Assembly (NCBI GenBank): GCA_977020255.1
Contig: CDROCS010000253.1
Coordinates: forward strand, 1,922,001-1,986,000
Length of the DNA: 64,000 nt
From: Obrimoposthia wandeli
Lineage: Eukaryota
Direction of reading: 5' to 3'
The position numbers and the translations under genes are program-made. Shown here piece after piece: positions 52,938 to 64,000 of the stretch. The notes under the pieces were generated by a model that was not told where the DNA came from, ran no database searches, and was given only the letters and a program-made list of their open reading frames with translations. The stretch's first letter is position 1. Every line of letters begins with the position of its first letter.

Positions 52938-54785
52938 GTGTTAAACAAATACCCTTTATGGAAGACGCTAATGGTGGCAATGATTGTCGCTTTAGGTGCG
53001 CTCTATGCTACACCAAACCTATATGGTGAATCACCAGCTGTGCAAGTTTCAGGTTTACGCGGTGTTGAAGCTGATACCGCTACTCTTGATAGCATCAAAG
53101 CACACTTAGAAGAGAGCAATCTGACCTTTGACAGTATTGCTTTAGAGAAAGGACAAGTATTAACGCGCTTTAAAAATACTGAAGACCAGCTTAAAGCTCG
53201 TGATGTATTAGATGATAATTTAGGTAAGCAATTCTCTGTTGCCTTAAACTTAACGCCTAACACGCCAGAATGGTTAGCAGCAATTGGCGGTACGCCAATG
53301 AAGTTAGGTTTAGATTTAAGTGGTGGTGTTAGCTTCTTGATGGAAGTGAACATGAAAGAAGCCATCAATAAAGCTAAAACAGGTATGGTGAGTGATTTTC
53401 GTGGAGACTTACGCAATGAAAAAATTCGCTATCGTAGTGTTAAAGAAGGTAATAATGCGGTTGTCGTTGTTTTCCGTAAAATTGAAGACTTAGAAGCTGG
53501 ACAATCATTACTGAAAAAACGCTATCGTGATTTAGTATTAACAACGGATGACGATAAGTTAACGTTAACGGCAAAAATGACCGAGCAGAAGCTTAAAGAA
53601 ATTCGTGAATATGCCTTACAACAAAACATCACCATTATTCGAAACCGAGTTAATGAGTTAGGTGTTGCTGAGCCGCTTGTTCAACGCCAAGGTAAAAAAC
53701 ATATTGTTATTGAATTACCAGGTGTTCAAGATACCGCTAAAGCGAAAGAAATTCTGAATGCAACGGCGACTATTGAGTTTAGATTAGTTGATACTGAAGG
53801 CGACTTATCAAATGCGTTAAATGGTCGTGTGCCAGCAAACGCTATCTTGTTAAGAGATAAAGATGGTAAGCCAAGCTTATTGAAAAAGCGCGTTATGTTA
53901 ACGGGTGATCATATCACCGATGCTAAATCAGGCTTTGATGAGTATTCACGCCCACAAGTAAATATATCACTTGATAGTGCTGGCGGCTCTAAAATGTCTA
54001 GTGGCACCAAAAGTAATATTGGTAAGCCAATGGCAACGGTATTTATTGAATATAAAGCCACTGACAAAAAAGATGCTGAAGGCAATCTTGTTTTTGAAAA
54101 ACATCAAGAAATCATCTCAATTGCCACAATTCAATCACGTTTAGGTAAGTCATTCCGTATTACTGGTGCAGGTAGTCCAGCTGAAGCGCATAACCTTGCA
54201 CTCTTATTACGTGCGGGTGCTTTGATTGCGCCAATTGCCATTGTAGAAGAACGTACAGTAGGCCCTACCTTAGGTGCTGAGAACGTCAAATTGGGTTTTG
54301 AAGCTATTTTGATGGGCTTTGGTTTAGTCTTTATCTTTATGATGGTTTATTACCGCGCCTTTGGTGTGGTAGCTAACCTTGCATTAGGTGCTAACTTAGT
54401 GTTGATTATTGGCGTTATGTCTATGATTCCAGGTGCTACGTTAACATTACCCGGTATGGCAGGTATCGTCTTAACGGTTGGTATGGCTGTTGATGCTAAC
54501 GTACTTATTTTTGAGCGAATTCGTGAAGAAATACGTGAGGGTAAAACGATTCAACAAGCGATTCACCAAGGTTACGATGCCGCTTTTTCAACGATTATTG
54601 ATGCCAATATCACCACGTTAATTGCCGCATTAATTCTGTTTGCAATTGGTACTGGTCCAGTAAAAGGTTTTGCCGTGACATTATCTATCGGTATCATTAC
54701 TTCAATGTTTACCTCTGTTGTTGGTACTCGTGCCGTAGTTAACGCTATTTGGGGCGGTAAACGCCTTGATAAGCTTTCGATATAG
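52938..54785 (+). CDS. secD: Protein translocase subunit SecD
   Basis: MLNKYPLWK (GTG start), [43 protein letters not shown]. Confidence 0.98.
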   Translation: MLNKYPLWKTLMVAMIVALGALYATPNLYGESPAVQVSGLRGVEADTATLDSIKAHLEESNLTFDSIALEKGQVLTRFKNTEDQLKARDVLDDNLGKQFSVALNLTPNTPEWLAAIGGTPMKLGLDLSGGVSFLMEVNMKEAINKAKTGMVSDFRGDLRNEKIRYRSVKEGNNAVVVVFRKIEDLEAGQSLLKKRYRDLVLTTDDDKLTLTAKMTEQKLKEIREYALQQNITIIRNRVNELGVAEPLVQRQGKKHIVIELPGVQDTAKAKEILNATATIEFRLVDTEGDLSNALNGRVPANAILLRDKDGKPSLLKKRVMLTGDHITDAKSGFDEYSRPQVNISLDSAGGSKMSSGTKSNIGKPMATVFIEYKATDKKDAEGNLVFEKHQEIISIATIQSRLGKSFRITGAGSPAEAHNLALLLRAGALIAPIAIVEERTVGPTLGAENVKLGFEAILMGFGLVFIFMMVYYRAFGVVANLALGANLVLIIGVMSMIPGATLTLPGMAGIVLTVGMAVDANVLIFERIREEIREGKTIQQAIHQGYDAAFSTIIDANITTLIAALILFAIGTGPVKGFAVTLSIGIITSMFTSVVGTRAVVNAIWGGKRLDKLSI

Positions 54786-54806
54786 TAAGGGCAGGAATTT
54801 AAATTT

Positions 54807-55754
54807 ATGCAAATTTTACAATTAAAAAACACTGTCAACTTTATGAGCTATCGCAAGATAGCGATGATATTTAGTGCATTATTAATGATTGCTTCAGTAA
54901 TGTCACTTGCTACTAATAAACTAAACTTTGGTTTAGACTTTACTGGCGGCACCTTGATTGAAGTGGGTTTTCAAGAAGCAGCTGACTTAGAAAAACTTCG
55001 TGAAGTAATGAATACTAATGGCTTTTCTGATGCGAAAGTGCAATTTTATGGCAGTAGCCGTGATGTTGTTATTCGTTTAGGTTTACGTGATGACGTTAAA
55101 GCTGAAATGCTTGGTAATGAAGTATTAGCAATATTAGAAAATGGCTCAGGTCAGAAAGTTGACATGCGCCGTATTGAGTTTGTTGGTGCCAGCGTTGGTG
55201 ATGAATTAGCAGAGCAAGGTGGTTTAGCTATGCTAACAGCACTTATCTGTATTTTGATTTACGTTGCTTTCCGATTTGAATGGCGTTTTGCTGTTGGCTC
55301 AGTGGTAGCATTATTTCACGATGTGTTATTAACTCTTGGTCTGTTTTCTATTTTACAATTAGAGTTCGACTTAACAGTACTTGCCGCCATATTAGCCGTT
55401 ATTGGTTACTCACTAAACGATACTATTGTTGTTTCGGACCGTATCCGTGAAAACTTTAGAAAAGTACGTAACAGTGAAGCTGAAGAAATAATTAATATTT
55501 CTTTAACGCAAACACTTAGTCGAACTTTTATTACCTCAATTACCACCTTATTAGTATTAGCAGCCCTGTTCTTCCAAGGTGGAGCATTGATTCATGGTTT
55601 TGCCACGGCATTATTATTTGGTGTTTTTGTTGGTACTTATTCTTCAATCTATGTGGCTAGTTTGGTGGCATTATCTTTAGGTATTTCAAAAGAAGATTTG
55701 ATACCGGAAGTGATTGAAAAAGAAGGTGCAGATCAAGACGCTATGATGCCTTAA
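54807..55754 (+). CDS. secF: Protein translocase subunit SecF
   Basis: GLDFTGG, ALFHDV, GYSLNDTIVVSDRIREN, GTYSSIYVA. Confidence 0.98.
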   Translation: MQILQLKNTVNFMSYRKIAMIFSALLMIASVMSLATNKLNFGLDFTGGTLIEVGFQEAADLEKLREVMNTNGFSDAKVQFYGSSRDVVIRLGLRDDVKAEMLGNEVLAILENGSGQKVDMRRIEFVGASVGDELAEQGGLAMLTALICILIYVAFRFEWRFAVGSVVALFHDVLLTLGLFSILQLEFDLTVLAAILAVIGYSLNDTIVVSDRIRENFRKVRNSEAEEIINISLTQTLSRTFITSITTLLVLAALFFQGGALIHGFATALLFGVFVGTYSSIYVASLVALSLGISKEDLIPEVIEKEGADQDAMMP

Positions 55755-55759
55755 GCATT

Positions 55760-55830
55760 TATACCCGTTCCACTTGATTATGATTCGCTCAGGTTTCCTG
55801 AAACGAGCATATTTAAGTGGAACGGGTATA
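55760..55830. mobile_element. 71-bp MITE-like element
   Basis: Perfect 16-bp TIR TATACCCGTTCCACTT...AAGTGGAACGGGTATA, 5 bp after the secF stop. Confidence 0.78.
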
Positions 55831-55854
55831 TGCTTGATAAGCAATAGCGATATA

Positions 55855-55888
55855 AAAAAGCCGAGTAACGAAAGTTACTCGGCTTTTT
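55855..55888 (+). terminator. Terminator after secF
   Basis: AAAAAGCCGAGTAAC-GAAA-GTTACTCGGCTTTTT. Confidence 0.82.
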
Positions 55889-56071
55889 AGTTTACGGGTT
55901 TTATTTTATCTGCAAAGTGAGGTTATGCGTTTATCTATTGCACTATATCTCTTTGATAGAGGGCTAACTTAATAGACTTGGAATGAACCTTGCTGTATGC
56001 TGCACGCCCTTTCATGCTGCCAACATTTTCATCCCGCTGACAGTATTTGCTATTTATTAAAGAGATTACTT

Positions 56072-57466
56072 ATGAGTGATAACCCGACAACTAAATTTAC
56101 TGATTTAGGTTTATCTGAGGCATTACTAAAAGCAGTGCGTGACAAGGGCTACGAAACTCCTTCCCCAATTCAAGCACAAGCTATTCCTGCTGTGATCTCC
56201 GGACGTGATGTTATGGCGGCTGCGCAAACAGGTACCGGGAAAACTGCTGGTTTTACCTTACCGTTATTACAACGCCTTAGTGAAAATACAGGCAAAAAAG
56301 TATCACCAAATAATGTTAGAGCACTAATACTTACCCCTACTCGTGAGTTAGCCGCGCAAATCAGCGAAAGTATTGAAGTGTACGGTAAGTATTTAAACCT
56401 TCATTCTATGGTTGTTTTTGGCGGTGTTAAAATTAACCCACAAATAACGCGTCTTCGCCAAGGTGTTGATGTACTGGTCGCTACACCAGGACGTTTACTC
56501 GATTTATACAATCAAAGAGCAGTAAAGTTCAGTCAATTAGAAGTATTTATTCTTGATGAAGCCGATCGTATGTTAGATATGGGCTTTATTCGTGATATTA
56601 AAAAGCTTATTGCGGTATTACCAAAAGACCGTCAAAACTTACTGTTCTCGGCAACATTTTCACCTGAAATTCGTGCATTAGCTAAAGGCTTAGTGAATCA
56701 ACCACTAGAAATTTCAGTAGATGCAGAAAATAGCACCGCTGAAAAAGTCACTCAATGGTTAACTGCCGTTGATAAAAAGCGTAAGCCAGCGGTATTAACG
56801 CATTTAATAAAAGAAAATAACTGGCAGCAAGTATTGGTTTTCACAAAAACCAAACATGGTGCAAACAAGCTTACTAAGCACCTTGAAGCTGAAGGTCTAA
56901 CAGCAGCGGCGATTCATGGTAATAAAAGCCAAGGAGCGCGTACTAAAGCCCTTGCTGCTTTTAAAGATGGCAGTGTAAAGATATTAGTTGCCACTGATAT
57001 TGCAGCCCGCGGTATTGATATTGATTTATTACCACAAGTGGTTAACTTTGATTTACCGAATGTTCCTGAGGATTATGTGCATCGTATTGGCCGAACAGCC
57101 CGCGCAGGTAACACGGGTCAAGCGTTATCATTAGTTTGTGCCGATGAGTTGGACTTATTGTGGGGCATTGAACATGTAATTCAGCAGCACATCGAACGAA
57201 AAGTTATTGAGCAGTTTATTCCCGCCAATGAATTAGGTGAATCACGAGTGATCAAACCTTTAAAACAGGGTAGGCCACCAAAATCTAACCCAAGTCAAAA
57301 TTCAGCACGTGGTAGAGATCGAGTTGAGCATAAAGATGGTCAACGCTCTGGTGGTAATGCTAGTGGTAATAAGGGCAAGCCTGGTAATGATTCATCTAGA
57401 CGTAAAAAACCGGAACATGACGGCACCGGACCTAAGCCTCGTAGAGCAACACGCCCTACAAAATAA
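56072..57466 (+). CDS. rhlE: DEAD-box ATP-dependent RNA helicase (RhlE-like)
   Basis: Q motif, [39 protein letters not shown], basic Gly-rich tail. Likely ATG 56072. Confidence 0.85.
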   Translation: MSDNPTTKFTDLGLSEALLKAVRDKGYETPSPIQAQAIPAVISGRDVMAAAQTGTGKTAGFTLPLLQRLSENTGKKVSPNNVRALILTPTRELAAQISESIEVYGKYLNLHSMVVFGGVKINPQITRLRQGVDVLVATPGRLLDLYNQRAVKFSQLEVFILDEADRMLDMGFIRDIKKLIAVLPKDRQNLLFSATFSPEIRALAKGLVNQPLEISVDAENSTAEKVTQWLTAVDKKRKPAVLTHLIKENNWQQVLVFTKTKHGANKLTKHLEAEGLTAAAIHGNKSQGARTKALAAFKDGSVKILVATDIAARGIDIDLLPQVVNFDLPNVPEDYVHRIGRTARAGNTGQALSLVCADELDLLWGIEHVIQQHIERKVIEQFIPANELGESRVIKPLKQGRPPKSNPSQNSARGRDRVEHKDGQRSGGNASGNKGKPGNDSSRRKKPEHDGTGPKPRRATRPTK

Positions 57467-57522
57467 ATGGCGTAATTAATTCAGTAACAAATTGATTCAC
57501 GTAATTAAATGATTCAATAAAT

Positions 57523-57560
57523 AAAAAGCCTTATGACGAGTATTCATCATAAGGCTTTTT
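57523..57560. terminator. Terminator between the helicase and cobA genes
   Basis: AAAAAGCCTTATGA...TCATAAGGCTTTTT. Confidence 0.78.
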
Positions 57561-57603
57561 TAGTGCTAAATTCTGACGTTCAACACGTTTAAAGGGGCAA
57601 GGA

Positions 57604-58395
57604 TTAAGGAGTTAAATAACCTAAATTAGTAAGCTGATCACTAGGAAATAGTCCCACAACATCACCAATAACAATTAAGCTTGGTGGTGTTATCTTATGT
57701 AAAGTGACTAGTTTAGTTAAATTCGCTAATGTCCCCTTTATTACTTGCTGATCTTGGTGAGTACCTTTTCTAATTAATGCCGCAGGTGTATTGATATCAC
57801 GACCGGCTTCTATCAGTTGAGCGGTGATTATTGGCAAACTTTTTATGCCCATGTAAAAAACAATGGTTTGTTCTTTATCATTTAATGCCTGCCACGGAAG
57901 ATCTAATGCACCATCATCTTGCACATGACCGGTTATAAAGGTGCAACTTCTTGCAATTTTTCGATGAGTTAACGGAATGCCGGCATAACTAGTGCATGCG
58001 GATGCTGCAGTCATGCCAGGTACTATGTGACAAGCGATGCCATGGCTTAATAAGAATTGAGCTTCTTCAGAGCCTCGACCAAAGACAAAAGGGTCACCGC
58101 CTTTTAAGCGAACAACTCTTTTACCTAATAAAGCGTTATCAACCAATAATTGATTAATACCCTCTTGTGGAACTCTATGATCTGCTTGTTTTTTTCCTAC
58201 ATATATCTGTTGGCAAGTACTCGGTAGTAGTGCCATGATATCTGCGCTGACTAACCTATCATAAATAACAACTTCAGCTTGTTTGATAAACCGATAGGCC
58301 TGCAAGGTAAGTAAGTCTGGATCTCCAGGCCCTGATCCAACTAAGGCAACCTCTCCAGCAATAAAGGCTTGTTTTGTTGTATTAATAGTTTGCAT
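57604..58395 (-). CDS. cobA: Uroporphyrinogen-III C-methyltransferase (SUMT, stand-alone)
   Basis: VGSGPGDPDLLT, YDRLV, VRLKGGDPFVFGRG.EE, VPGMTAA, GIPLTHR, ITGH, FYMG. Confidence 0.9.
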   Translation of the reverse strand: MQTINTTKQAFIAGEVALVGSGPGDPDLLTLQAYRFIKQAEVVIYDRLVSADIMALLPSTCQQIYVGKKQADHRVPQEGINQLLVDNALLGKRVVRLKGGDPFVFGRGSEEAQFLLSHGIACHIVPGMTAASACTSYAGIPLTHRKIARSCTFITGHVQDDGALDLPWQALNDKEQTIVFYMGIKSLPIITAQLIEAGRDINTPAALIRKGTHQDQQVIKGTLANLTKLVTLHKITPPSLIVIGDVVGLFPSDQLTNLGYLTP

Positions 58396-58446
58396 GCGCT
58401 CTCTTAATCTATTCTTCTATTGATTACTTAACTAACCTAAAGCAAA

Positions 58447-58493
58447 AAAGGCGCCATGTTACCTTTATTTAAAAAGATAACATGGCGCCTTTA
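58447..58493 (-). terminator. Hairpin after suhB
   Basis: AAAGGCGCCATGTT...AACATGGCGCCTTT, 14-bp stem. Confidence 0.65.
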
Positions 58494-58509
58494 AGTATAG
58501 CGTTTAATA

Positions 58510-58565
58510 CATACCCGTAATCAATCAAAGTGCTCTAAGATATGCATCTTGATTAGTAACGGATA
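58510..58565. repeat. Degenerate, internally deleted copy of the TATACCCG MITE
   Basis: CATACCCGTAATCAATCAAAGTGC...TGCATCTTGATTAGTAACGGATA resembles both ends of the 38503 and 18326 elements. Confidence 0.65.
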
Positions 58566-58576
58566 ACTTTACAAAA

Positions 58577-59380
58577 TTATTTGCTAAGAGCATCACCTAA
58601 ATGTGGGCGGATTTCTTGTAAAACATCTTTTAATATACGTGTATTTGCTGCAACGATATTACCAGAATTAGTATGGTTATGACCGCCGGTAAAGTCAGTA
58701 ACTAAACCACCTGCCTCAATCACTAATAATTCACCAGCTGCAGTATTCCATGGCTTAGTGCCAATTTCGAAGAAACCATCAACACGGCCCGCTGCTACAT
58801 AAGCAAGGTCAAGTGCAGTTGAACCTGCACGACGTATATCTGATGTTTTTTGGAATAATGCTGAAAACATTGCCATATAAGCAAGGCTATGTTGTTTATG
58901 TTTAACAGGGAAGCCAGTAGCTATTACAGTACCTGAAATCTCTTTGTTTTTATTTACACGGATTCTGAAACCATTTAGTTGTGCACCTTTACCACGACTT
59001 GCTGAGAATAGCTCACCACGGATTGGATCAAATATAACTGCTTGATCTAATTTGCCTTTAACTTTTAAACAAATTGAAATGGCAAAGTGTGGAATGCCTT
59101 TGATGAAGTTTGTTGTGCCATCTAACGGATCAATAATCCATTGATAATCGTCATCACTGCCTTTTAAAATTCCAGACTCTTCACCAATAATGGTGTGATC
59201 TGGGTATGATTTACGAATCGTTTCAATAATGGCTTCTTCAGAGCTAATATCAACACTGGTGACGAAATCGTTAGTTCCTTTTGATTCAATTTCAACTTTA
59301 TCAAGTTGCTCCATAGAGCGAACGATAACTTTACCTGCTGTACGTGCTGCGCGCACGGCAATATTTAGCATGGGATGCAT
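58577..59380 (-). CDS. suhB: Inositol monophosphatase / Nus-complex factor SuhB
   Basis: MHPMLNIAVRAAR, WIIDPLDGTTNF, RRAGS.ALDLAYVAAGR.DGFFE, PWNTAAG. Confidence 0.96.
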   Translation of the reverse strand: MHPMLNIAVRAARTAGKVIVRSMEQLDKVEIESKGTNDFVTSVDISSEEAIIETIRKSYPDHTIIGEESGILKGSDDDYQWIIDPLDGTTNFIKGIPHFAISICLKVKGKLDQAVIFDPIRGELFSASRGKGAQLNGFRIRVNKNKEISGTVIATGFPVKHKQHSLAYMAMFSALFQKTSDIRRAGSTALDLAYVAAGRVDGFFEIGTKPWNTAAGELLVIEAGGLVTDFTGGHNHTNSGNIVAANTRILKDVLQEIRPHLGDALSK

Positions 59381-59404
59381 ATAGAGTACCTATTTGTAAA
59401 TAAA

Positions 59405-59417
59405 TTTTAAAAGAACA
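59405..59417 (-). promoter_or_regulatory. boxA-like element in the suhB 5' UTR
   Basis: Minus strand TGTTCTTTTAAAA 25-37 nt upstream of the ATG. TATAAT with a GC-rich discriminator lies further up (about 59461-59476). Confidence 0.5.
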
Positions 59418-59744
59418 GTACCTTTCCAAGCAAACATTGTCTTGAAAAGTCTTGAAAATTGAGCGCGCAGATTATAGCAAATAAAAAAGTACTTAGCGAT
59501 AGTATTATTTAAATAATGTTTAATAAGTGAGCGGTTTTGTTAATCACTTTCCTTTAGAGAAAAAAAAACTATTAAATATCAAATTACCATAGATAAATAT
59601 GCCTAAGAAGCGTGCTTTTTGTTAGCTACAGCAGTAATCTTCTATGTTAGAATATTGGCCATCTAGATGGGCTTTAATAGCAAGTACACAAAAAATAAGT
59701 ACAAGTGCTATTAAGCCCGAATAAGCAAACAAGAAGAGTAAAAA

Positions 59745-60554
59745 ATGTCAGATTCCCAACAAGGTAATACCACAGGTACATTATTAGATCGTGTTAAAAT
59801 TGTTTTAGTTAACACTTCTGACTGCCGAAATATCGGTAGTGCAGCACGTGCAATGAAAACAATGGGACTAAGTCATCTTATTTTAGTCGACCCTATTGAA
59901 ATGCCTAATGGTCAAGCTCAAGCGATGGCTGCAGGCGCAACTGACGTTTTAGCTAATGCTAAAGTGGTTAGTACTCTCGCTGAAGCGATTGAAGATTGTG
60001 GTTTAGTTGTCGGTACAAGTGCCCGTTCACGTACATTACCTTGGCCTATGTTAGAGCCTAGAGGTTGTGGTGAAAAGATGATTTCTGAAGCGGAAGAGTA
60101 TCCTGTAGCGCTAGTCTTTGGCCGTGAAAATAGCGGTTTAACTAATGAAGAATTACAACTTTGTCATTTTCATGTTCAGATACCAGCAAACCCTGAGTAT
60201 AGTTCGTTAAATCTAGCCATGGCCGTACAGACCTTAAGTTATGAAGTACGTACTAGTTATTTATTAGCACATGATCAAAATTATCAAGAACGTAGTACCG
60301 GTAATGGTAATTCAATTGCCAAGACTAAAAATGAAGATGATGAATGTTATCCTGTTATCGAAGAAACTGAACGTTTTTATGACCACTTTGAAAAATCGCT
60401 TAAAGCGACCGGCTTTATTGTCGAAAATCACCCAGGTTTAGTGATGACTAAATTAAGACGATTGTTTAATCGCGCTAGACCAGATGTTAAAGAAATTAAG
60501 ATGATGCGTGGCATTTTTGCTTCGATGGAAAGATCTAGCAAAGATAAATCGTAA
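59745..60554 (+). CDS. trmJ: tRNA (C32/U32-2'-O)-methyltransferase TrmJ
   Basis: [47 protein letters not shown]. Confidence 0.95.
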   Translation: MSDSQQGNTTGTLLDRVKIVLVNTSDCRNIGSAARAMKTMGLSHLILVDPIEMPNGQAQAMAAGATDVLANAKVVSTLAEAIEDCGLVVGTSARSRTLPWPMLEPRGCGEKMISEAEEYPVALVFGRENSGLTNEELQLCHFHVQIPANPEYSSLNLAMAVQTLSYEVRTSYLLAHDQNYQERSTGNGNSIAKTKNEDDECYPVIEETERFYDHFEKSLKATGFIVENHPGLVMTKLRRLFNRARPDVKEIKMMRGIFASMERSSKDKS

Positions 60555-60713
60555 TACCAGTTTTATGAAGTTTGTGATCTTGTTGTGCATAGGAAAAGTA
60601 AATCAGGGCAAGGCGCTCAATTGAGTAATAGCTTGCTATTGGGATTGAGAGCAACGCTGAGATTGAATATTTTAACCCGCACAAGTGAGTAATAATTTAA
60701 TCAAATTGGTATA
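60553..60713. repeat. 161-bp MITE-like element with TA-TACCA ends
   Basis: AATACCAGTT...AATTGGTATA (8/10 TIR). Internal CAAGGCGCT is shared with the 38503 element. Starts inside the trmJ stop codon. Confidence 0.6.
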
Positions 60714-60746
60714 ACAACCATTTAAAAGAAAGAGAAGGAATAATTT

Positions 60747-61556
60747 ATGTTTAGTCGTATCAAAGAAGATATCAATAGTGTCTTTGATAGAGATCCAGCC
60801 GCTCGTACCAGTTTTGAAGTTATCCTCAATTATCCGGGCTTACATGCAATTTGGATTCACCGATTAAGTCATAAATTATGGTGTGCTGATTGGAAACTAT
60901 TAGCACGTGTAATATCAACGTTCTCTCGTTGGTTAACGGGTATTGAGATACACCCTGGCGCTAAATTAGGTCGCCGTGTTTTCATTGATCATGGCATGGG
61001 CATTGTCATCGGTGAAACCGCTGAAGTAGGCAATGATGTCACGCTTTATCACGGTGTTACCTTAGGTGGAACTAGTTGGAAAGCTGGTAAGCGACATCCT
61101 ACTTTAGAAGATAATGTTGTTATAGGTGCTGGTGCTCAGATACTTGGGCCAATAACCATAGGCAAGGGCGGTAAGGTTGGCTCTAACTCTGTGGTTGTTA
61201 AAGACTTACCCGCTAATGCTACTGCGGTTGGTATTCCTGGTCGTATTGTGCCAGATAAACACAGCACAGATGAAAACCATCAACGAGAAGAAGTTGCCAA
61301 AAAATATGGCTTTGATGCTTATGCTGTTTCACCTGATAATCCAGATCCCGTTGCTAAAGCGATCGGCCGTTTACTTGACCATATGCATTTAATGGACGAT
61401 AGAGTTAGTGAGCTTTGCAAAGAAATTAACACTTTAGGTGGCGATATTTGTCCGAAAAACTTACCTGAATTAAGAGTGGGTGAGTTTGTTGAAGATGAAA
61501 AGGCAGCTGCAGAACGCCGTGAAAGCAAAGTGGCCAGCTTTGATCCTGAAATTTAG
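60747..61556 (+). CDS. cysE: Serine O-acetyltransferase
   Basis: [38 protein letters not shown] hexapeptide region. Confidence 0.96.
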   Translation: MFSRIKEDINSVFDRDPAARTSFEVILNYPGLHAIWIHRLSHKLWCADWKLLARVISTFSRWLTGIEIHPGAKLGRRVFIDHGMGIVIGETAEVGNDVTLYHGVTLGGTSWKAGKRHPTLEDNVVIGAGAQILGPITIGKGGKVGSNSVVVKDLPANATAVGIPGRIVPDKHSTDENHQREEVAKKYGFDAYAVSPDNPDPVAKAIGRLLDHMHLMDDRVSELCKEINTLGGDICPKNLPELRVGEFVEDEKAAAERRESKVASFDPEI

Positions 61557-61585
61557 CCTCGCTGTCAATTCCGGTAGTAAAAATA

Positions 61586-61690
61586 ATAGTTGAGTAAAAC
61601 ACTCAACTATTACTTCTCGCATGACATTTCTTGGTATATAATACCTGAGTAAATCACTAGGGTATTTACTTGACTAATCTGTAGGGTTAT
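61586..61690. promoter_or_regulatory. Three IscR type-1 sites upstream of iscR (61586-61610, 61641-61665, 61666-61690)
   Basis: ATAGTTGAGTAAAACACTCAACTAT, ATACCTGAGTAAATCACTAGGGTAT and TTACTTGACTAATCTGTAGGGTTAT fit ATASYYGACTRWWWYAGTCRRSTAT. Confidence 0.82.
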
Positions 61691-61816
61691 GTAAAATTGC
61701 CCAGCATTTGCAAAGTAAGACATTTATTTAATGTTCTTTCTGTCAAATAGCTTTGATTTATTCGTCCAAGTAAAGTGATATATTGAGTACACCAACAAAG
61801 TGTTTGAGAACAGATT

Positions 61817-62323
61817 ATGAAACTTACCTCTAAAGGTCGTTACGCAGTTACTGCCATGTTAGACGTTACTATTCATGCGGTGTCTGGGCCTGTATCTTTG
61901 GCTGATATTTCAGAACGCCAAGGTATCTCTTTGTCTTATTTAGAGCAACTTTTTTCACGTTTACGTAAAGAAGGACTGGTGACAAGTGTTCGAGGTCCTG
62001 GTGGCGGTTATCGCTTGGGCAGATGCTCAGCGCAGATTGCCGTTGCAGATGTTATTTATGCGGTGAATGAAAGTGTTGATGCAACTAAATGCTCGGGTAA
62101 AGGCAATTGCCAGGATGGAGAACAATGCTTAACACATTCCCTTTGGGAAGGGTTAAGTCAACGAATTGAAGAATTCTTGAAAAATATCACCTTATCCGAA
62201 TTAGTCGCTAAAGGTGATGTGCAAGAAGTTTCTAAGCGCCAAGATAAATTACATATCAATGCTCACAAAAGCATAGCCTTAGAAACATTAATAACCACTA
62301 AGAATGTAATGAACGACTGGTAA
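61817..62323 (+). CDS. iscR: Fe-S cluster assembly regulator IscR
   Basis: [38 protein letters not shown] ligands. Confidence 0.97.
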   Translation: MKLTSKGRYAVTAMLDVTIHAVSGPVSLADISERQGISLSYLEQLFSRLRKEGLVTSVRGPGGGYRLGRCSAQIAVADVIYAVNESVDATKCSGKGNCQDGEQCLTHSLWEGLSQRIEEFLKNITLSELVAKGDVQEVSKRQDKLHINAHKSIALETLITTKNVMNDW

Positions 62324-62371
62324 TAACTAGTCGCGTCGTATTAAATATTTACCATCGGAGAGAGTTAGCGA

Positions 62372-63586
62372 ATGAAGCTTCCTATATATTTTGATTATTC
62401 AGCTACTACACCAGTAGATAAGCGCGTAGCAGAAAAAATGATGCAGTACATGACCAACGATGGTCATTTTGGTAACCCTGCATCTCGTTCACATAAATTT
62501 GGTTGGCAAGCTGAAGAAGCGGTTGATATCGCTCGTAATCAAATTGCTGAATTAATTAATGCTGACCCACGTGAAATTGTTTTCACGTCAGGTGCTACCG
62601 AATCAAACAACCTTGCTATTAAAGGTGCAGCTAATTTCTATAATAAGAAAGGCAAGCACATCATTACCTGCAAAACTGAACATAAAGCCGTTTTAGATAC
62701 CTGTCGTGAATTAGAACGTCAAGGTTTTGAAGTGACGTATCTTGATCCGGAAGAAAACGGTTTAATTGATTTAAATAAATTGAATGACGCTATGCGTGAT
62801 GACACTATTTTAGTAAGTATCATGCAAGTAAACAATGAAATTGGTGTTATTCAAGACATTAGCGAAATTGGTGAAATGTGTCGTGCACGTAAAATTGTCT
62901 TCCATGTTGATGCTGCACAAAGTGCCGGTAAAATTAATATCGACATGCAAGTTTTGAAAGTTGATTTAATGTCAATTTCAGCACATAAAATGTACGGGCC
63001 TAAAGGTATTGGCGCGTTATACGTAAGCCGTAAGCCACGTATTCGCTTAGAAGCACAAACCCATGGTGGCGGACATGAACGTGGTATGCGTTCTGGTACC
63101 TTAGCGACACATCAAATTGTCGGTATGGGTGAAGCATGTCGATTAGCTAAAGAAGAAATGGCACAAGATCAAGCACATGTTACCGCAATGCGCGATCGTT
63201 TATGGGCCGGCTTAAATAGCATGGAACAAGTCTTTATTAACGGTGATCCGGATAAACGTTACCCTGGTAACTTAAATGTTAGTTTCAACTTTGTTGAAGG
63301 TGAGTCACTCATCATGGCATTGAAAGATTTAGCCGTATCTTCGGGTAGTGCATGTACATCAGCAAGTTTAGAGCCATCTTATGTACTTCGTGCTTTAGGT
63401 CTAAATGATGAAATGGCGCATAGCTCAATTCGTTTTAGCTTTGGTCGCTTTACTACGACAGAAGAAATTGATTACGCAATTGAGCTTATTAAAGGTGCAA
63501 TTGGTCACTTACGTGACATGTCACCACTTTGGGAAATGTTCAAAGATGGTATCGATTTAGATTCAATTGAATGGGCTGCTCACTAA
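62372..63586 (+). CDS. iscS: Cysteine desulfurase
   Basis: [17 protein letters not shown] (PLP Lys), SSGSACTS, ends IEWAAH. Confidence 0.98.
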   Translation: MKLPIYFDYSATTPVDKRVAEKMMQYMTNDGHFGNPASRSHKFGWQAEEAVDIARNQIAELINADPREIVFTSGATESNNLAIKGAANFYNKKGKHIITCKTEHKAVLDTCRELERQGFEVTYLDPEENGLIDLNKLNDAMRDDTILVSIMQVNNEIGVIQDISEIGEMCRARKIVFHVDAAQSAGKINIDMQVLKVDLMSISAHKMYGPKGIGALYVSRKPRIRLEAQTHGGGHERGMRSGTLATHQIVGMGEACRLAKEEMAQDQAHVTAMRDRLWAGLNSMEQVFINGDPDKRYPGNLNVSFNFVEGESLIMALKDLAVSSGSACTSASLEPSYVLRALGLNDEMAHSSIRFSFGRFTTTEEIDYAIELIKGAIGHLRDMSPLWEMFKDGIDLDSIEWAAH

Positions 63587-63700
63587 CCAATCGTAGACTA
63601 AAATCTATGATATACGCTTAGTAAAACAACTCATTATTTTAAATAACATTTAGTGTTAAATAGTTCCACGGGATTATTTGACACAAGCTAGGAGAATCAC

Positions 63701-64000
63701 ATGGCTTACAGCGAAAAAGTACTAGATCATTATGAGAACCCACGTAACGTAGGTTCAATGGATAAAAACGATCCATCAGTAGCAACTGGTATGGTTGGAG
63801 CACCTGCATGTGGTGATGTAATGAAGTTACAACTTAAAATTTCTGAAGACGGCATCATTGAAGATGCAAAATTCAAAACTTATGGTTGTGGTTCTGCAAT
63901 TGCCTCAAGTTCGTTAGTGACTGAGTGGGTAAAAGGTAAATCAATTGAAGAAGCGGGTAAAATTAAAAATACCGCGATTGCTGAAGAGTTAGCTTTACCA
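63701..64000 (+). CDS. iscU: Fe-S scaffold IscU, 5' part (runs past the window; not in the ORF track)
   Basis: MAYSEKVLDHYENPRNVGS...GAPACGDVMKLQLKI...FKTYGCGSAIASSS after SD GGAGA. Confidence 0.96.
   Translation, partial: MAYSEKVLDHYENPRNVGSMDKNDPSVATGMVGAPACGDVMKLQLKISEDGIIEDAKFKTYGCGSAIASSSLVTEWVKGKSIEEAGKIKNTAIAEELALP

Overview
AT-rich chromosomal segment from a marine Gammaproteobacterium of the order Alteromonadales; gene order and repeats suggest Colwellia or a relative (inference). It is mostly conserved housekeeping DNA: rpoS (3' part), nqrABCDEF-apbE-nqrM, dxs-ispA-xseB, pomAB, thiI, panE, yajQ, metA-metH, radA-PilZ-serB-ytjB-tatD, argS, prfC, rimI-holD, tRNA-Trp, aceK, queA-tgt-yajC-secD-secF, a DEAD-box helicase, cobA, suhB, trmJ-cysE and iscR-iscS-iscU (5' part). 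Best candidate for an undescribed system: a 6.5-kb accessory locus at 25.1-31.6 kb. It has a Crp/Fnr regulator lacking the FNR Cys cluster (Dnr/NssR/HcpR-like), divergent from a five-gene operon: NitT/TauT-type ABC importer, His-containing membrane protein and TonB-dependent receptor. The 84-bp spacer holds an FNR-type box centred exactly at -41.5 from a perfect TATAAT, plus an overlapping Fur-like box. This implies import of an unknown iron-related cofactor under low-O2/NO and low-iron control (inference). Other points: a divergent HPF paralogue with a coupled 19-aa upstream ORF; a stand-alone tRNA-Trp(CCA) with U11-A24 and a G27.A43 mismatch in a window poor in TGA stops; an inactivated ISAs1 with a 10-bp target duplication; a TATACC-ended MITE family; and a 29-bp covarying hairpin repeat whose inverted pairs bracket argS and yajC.
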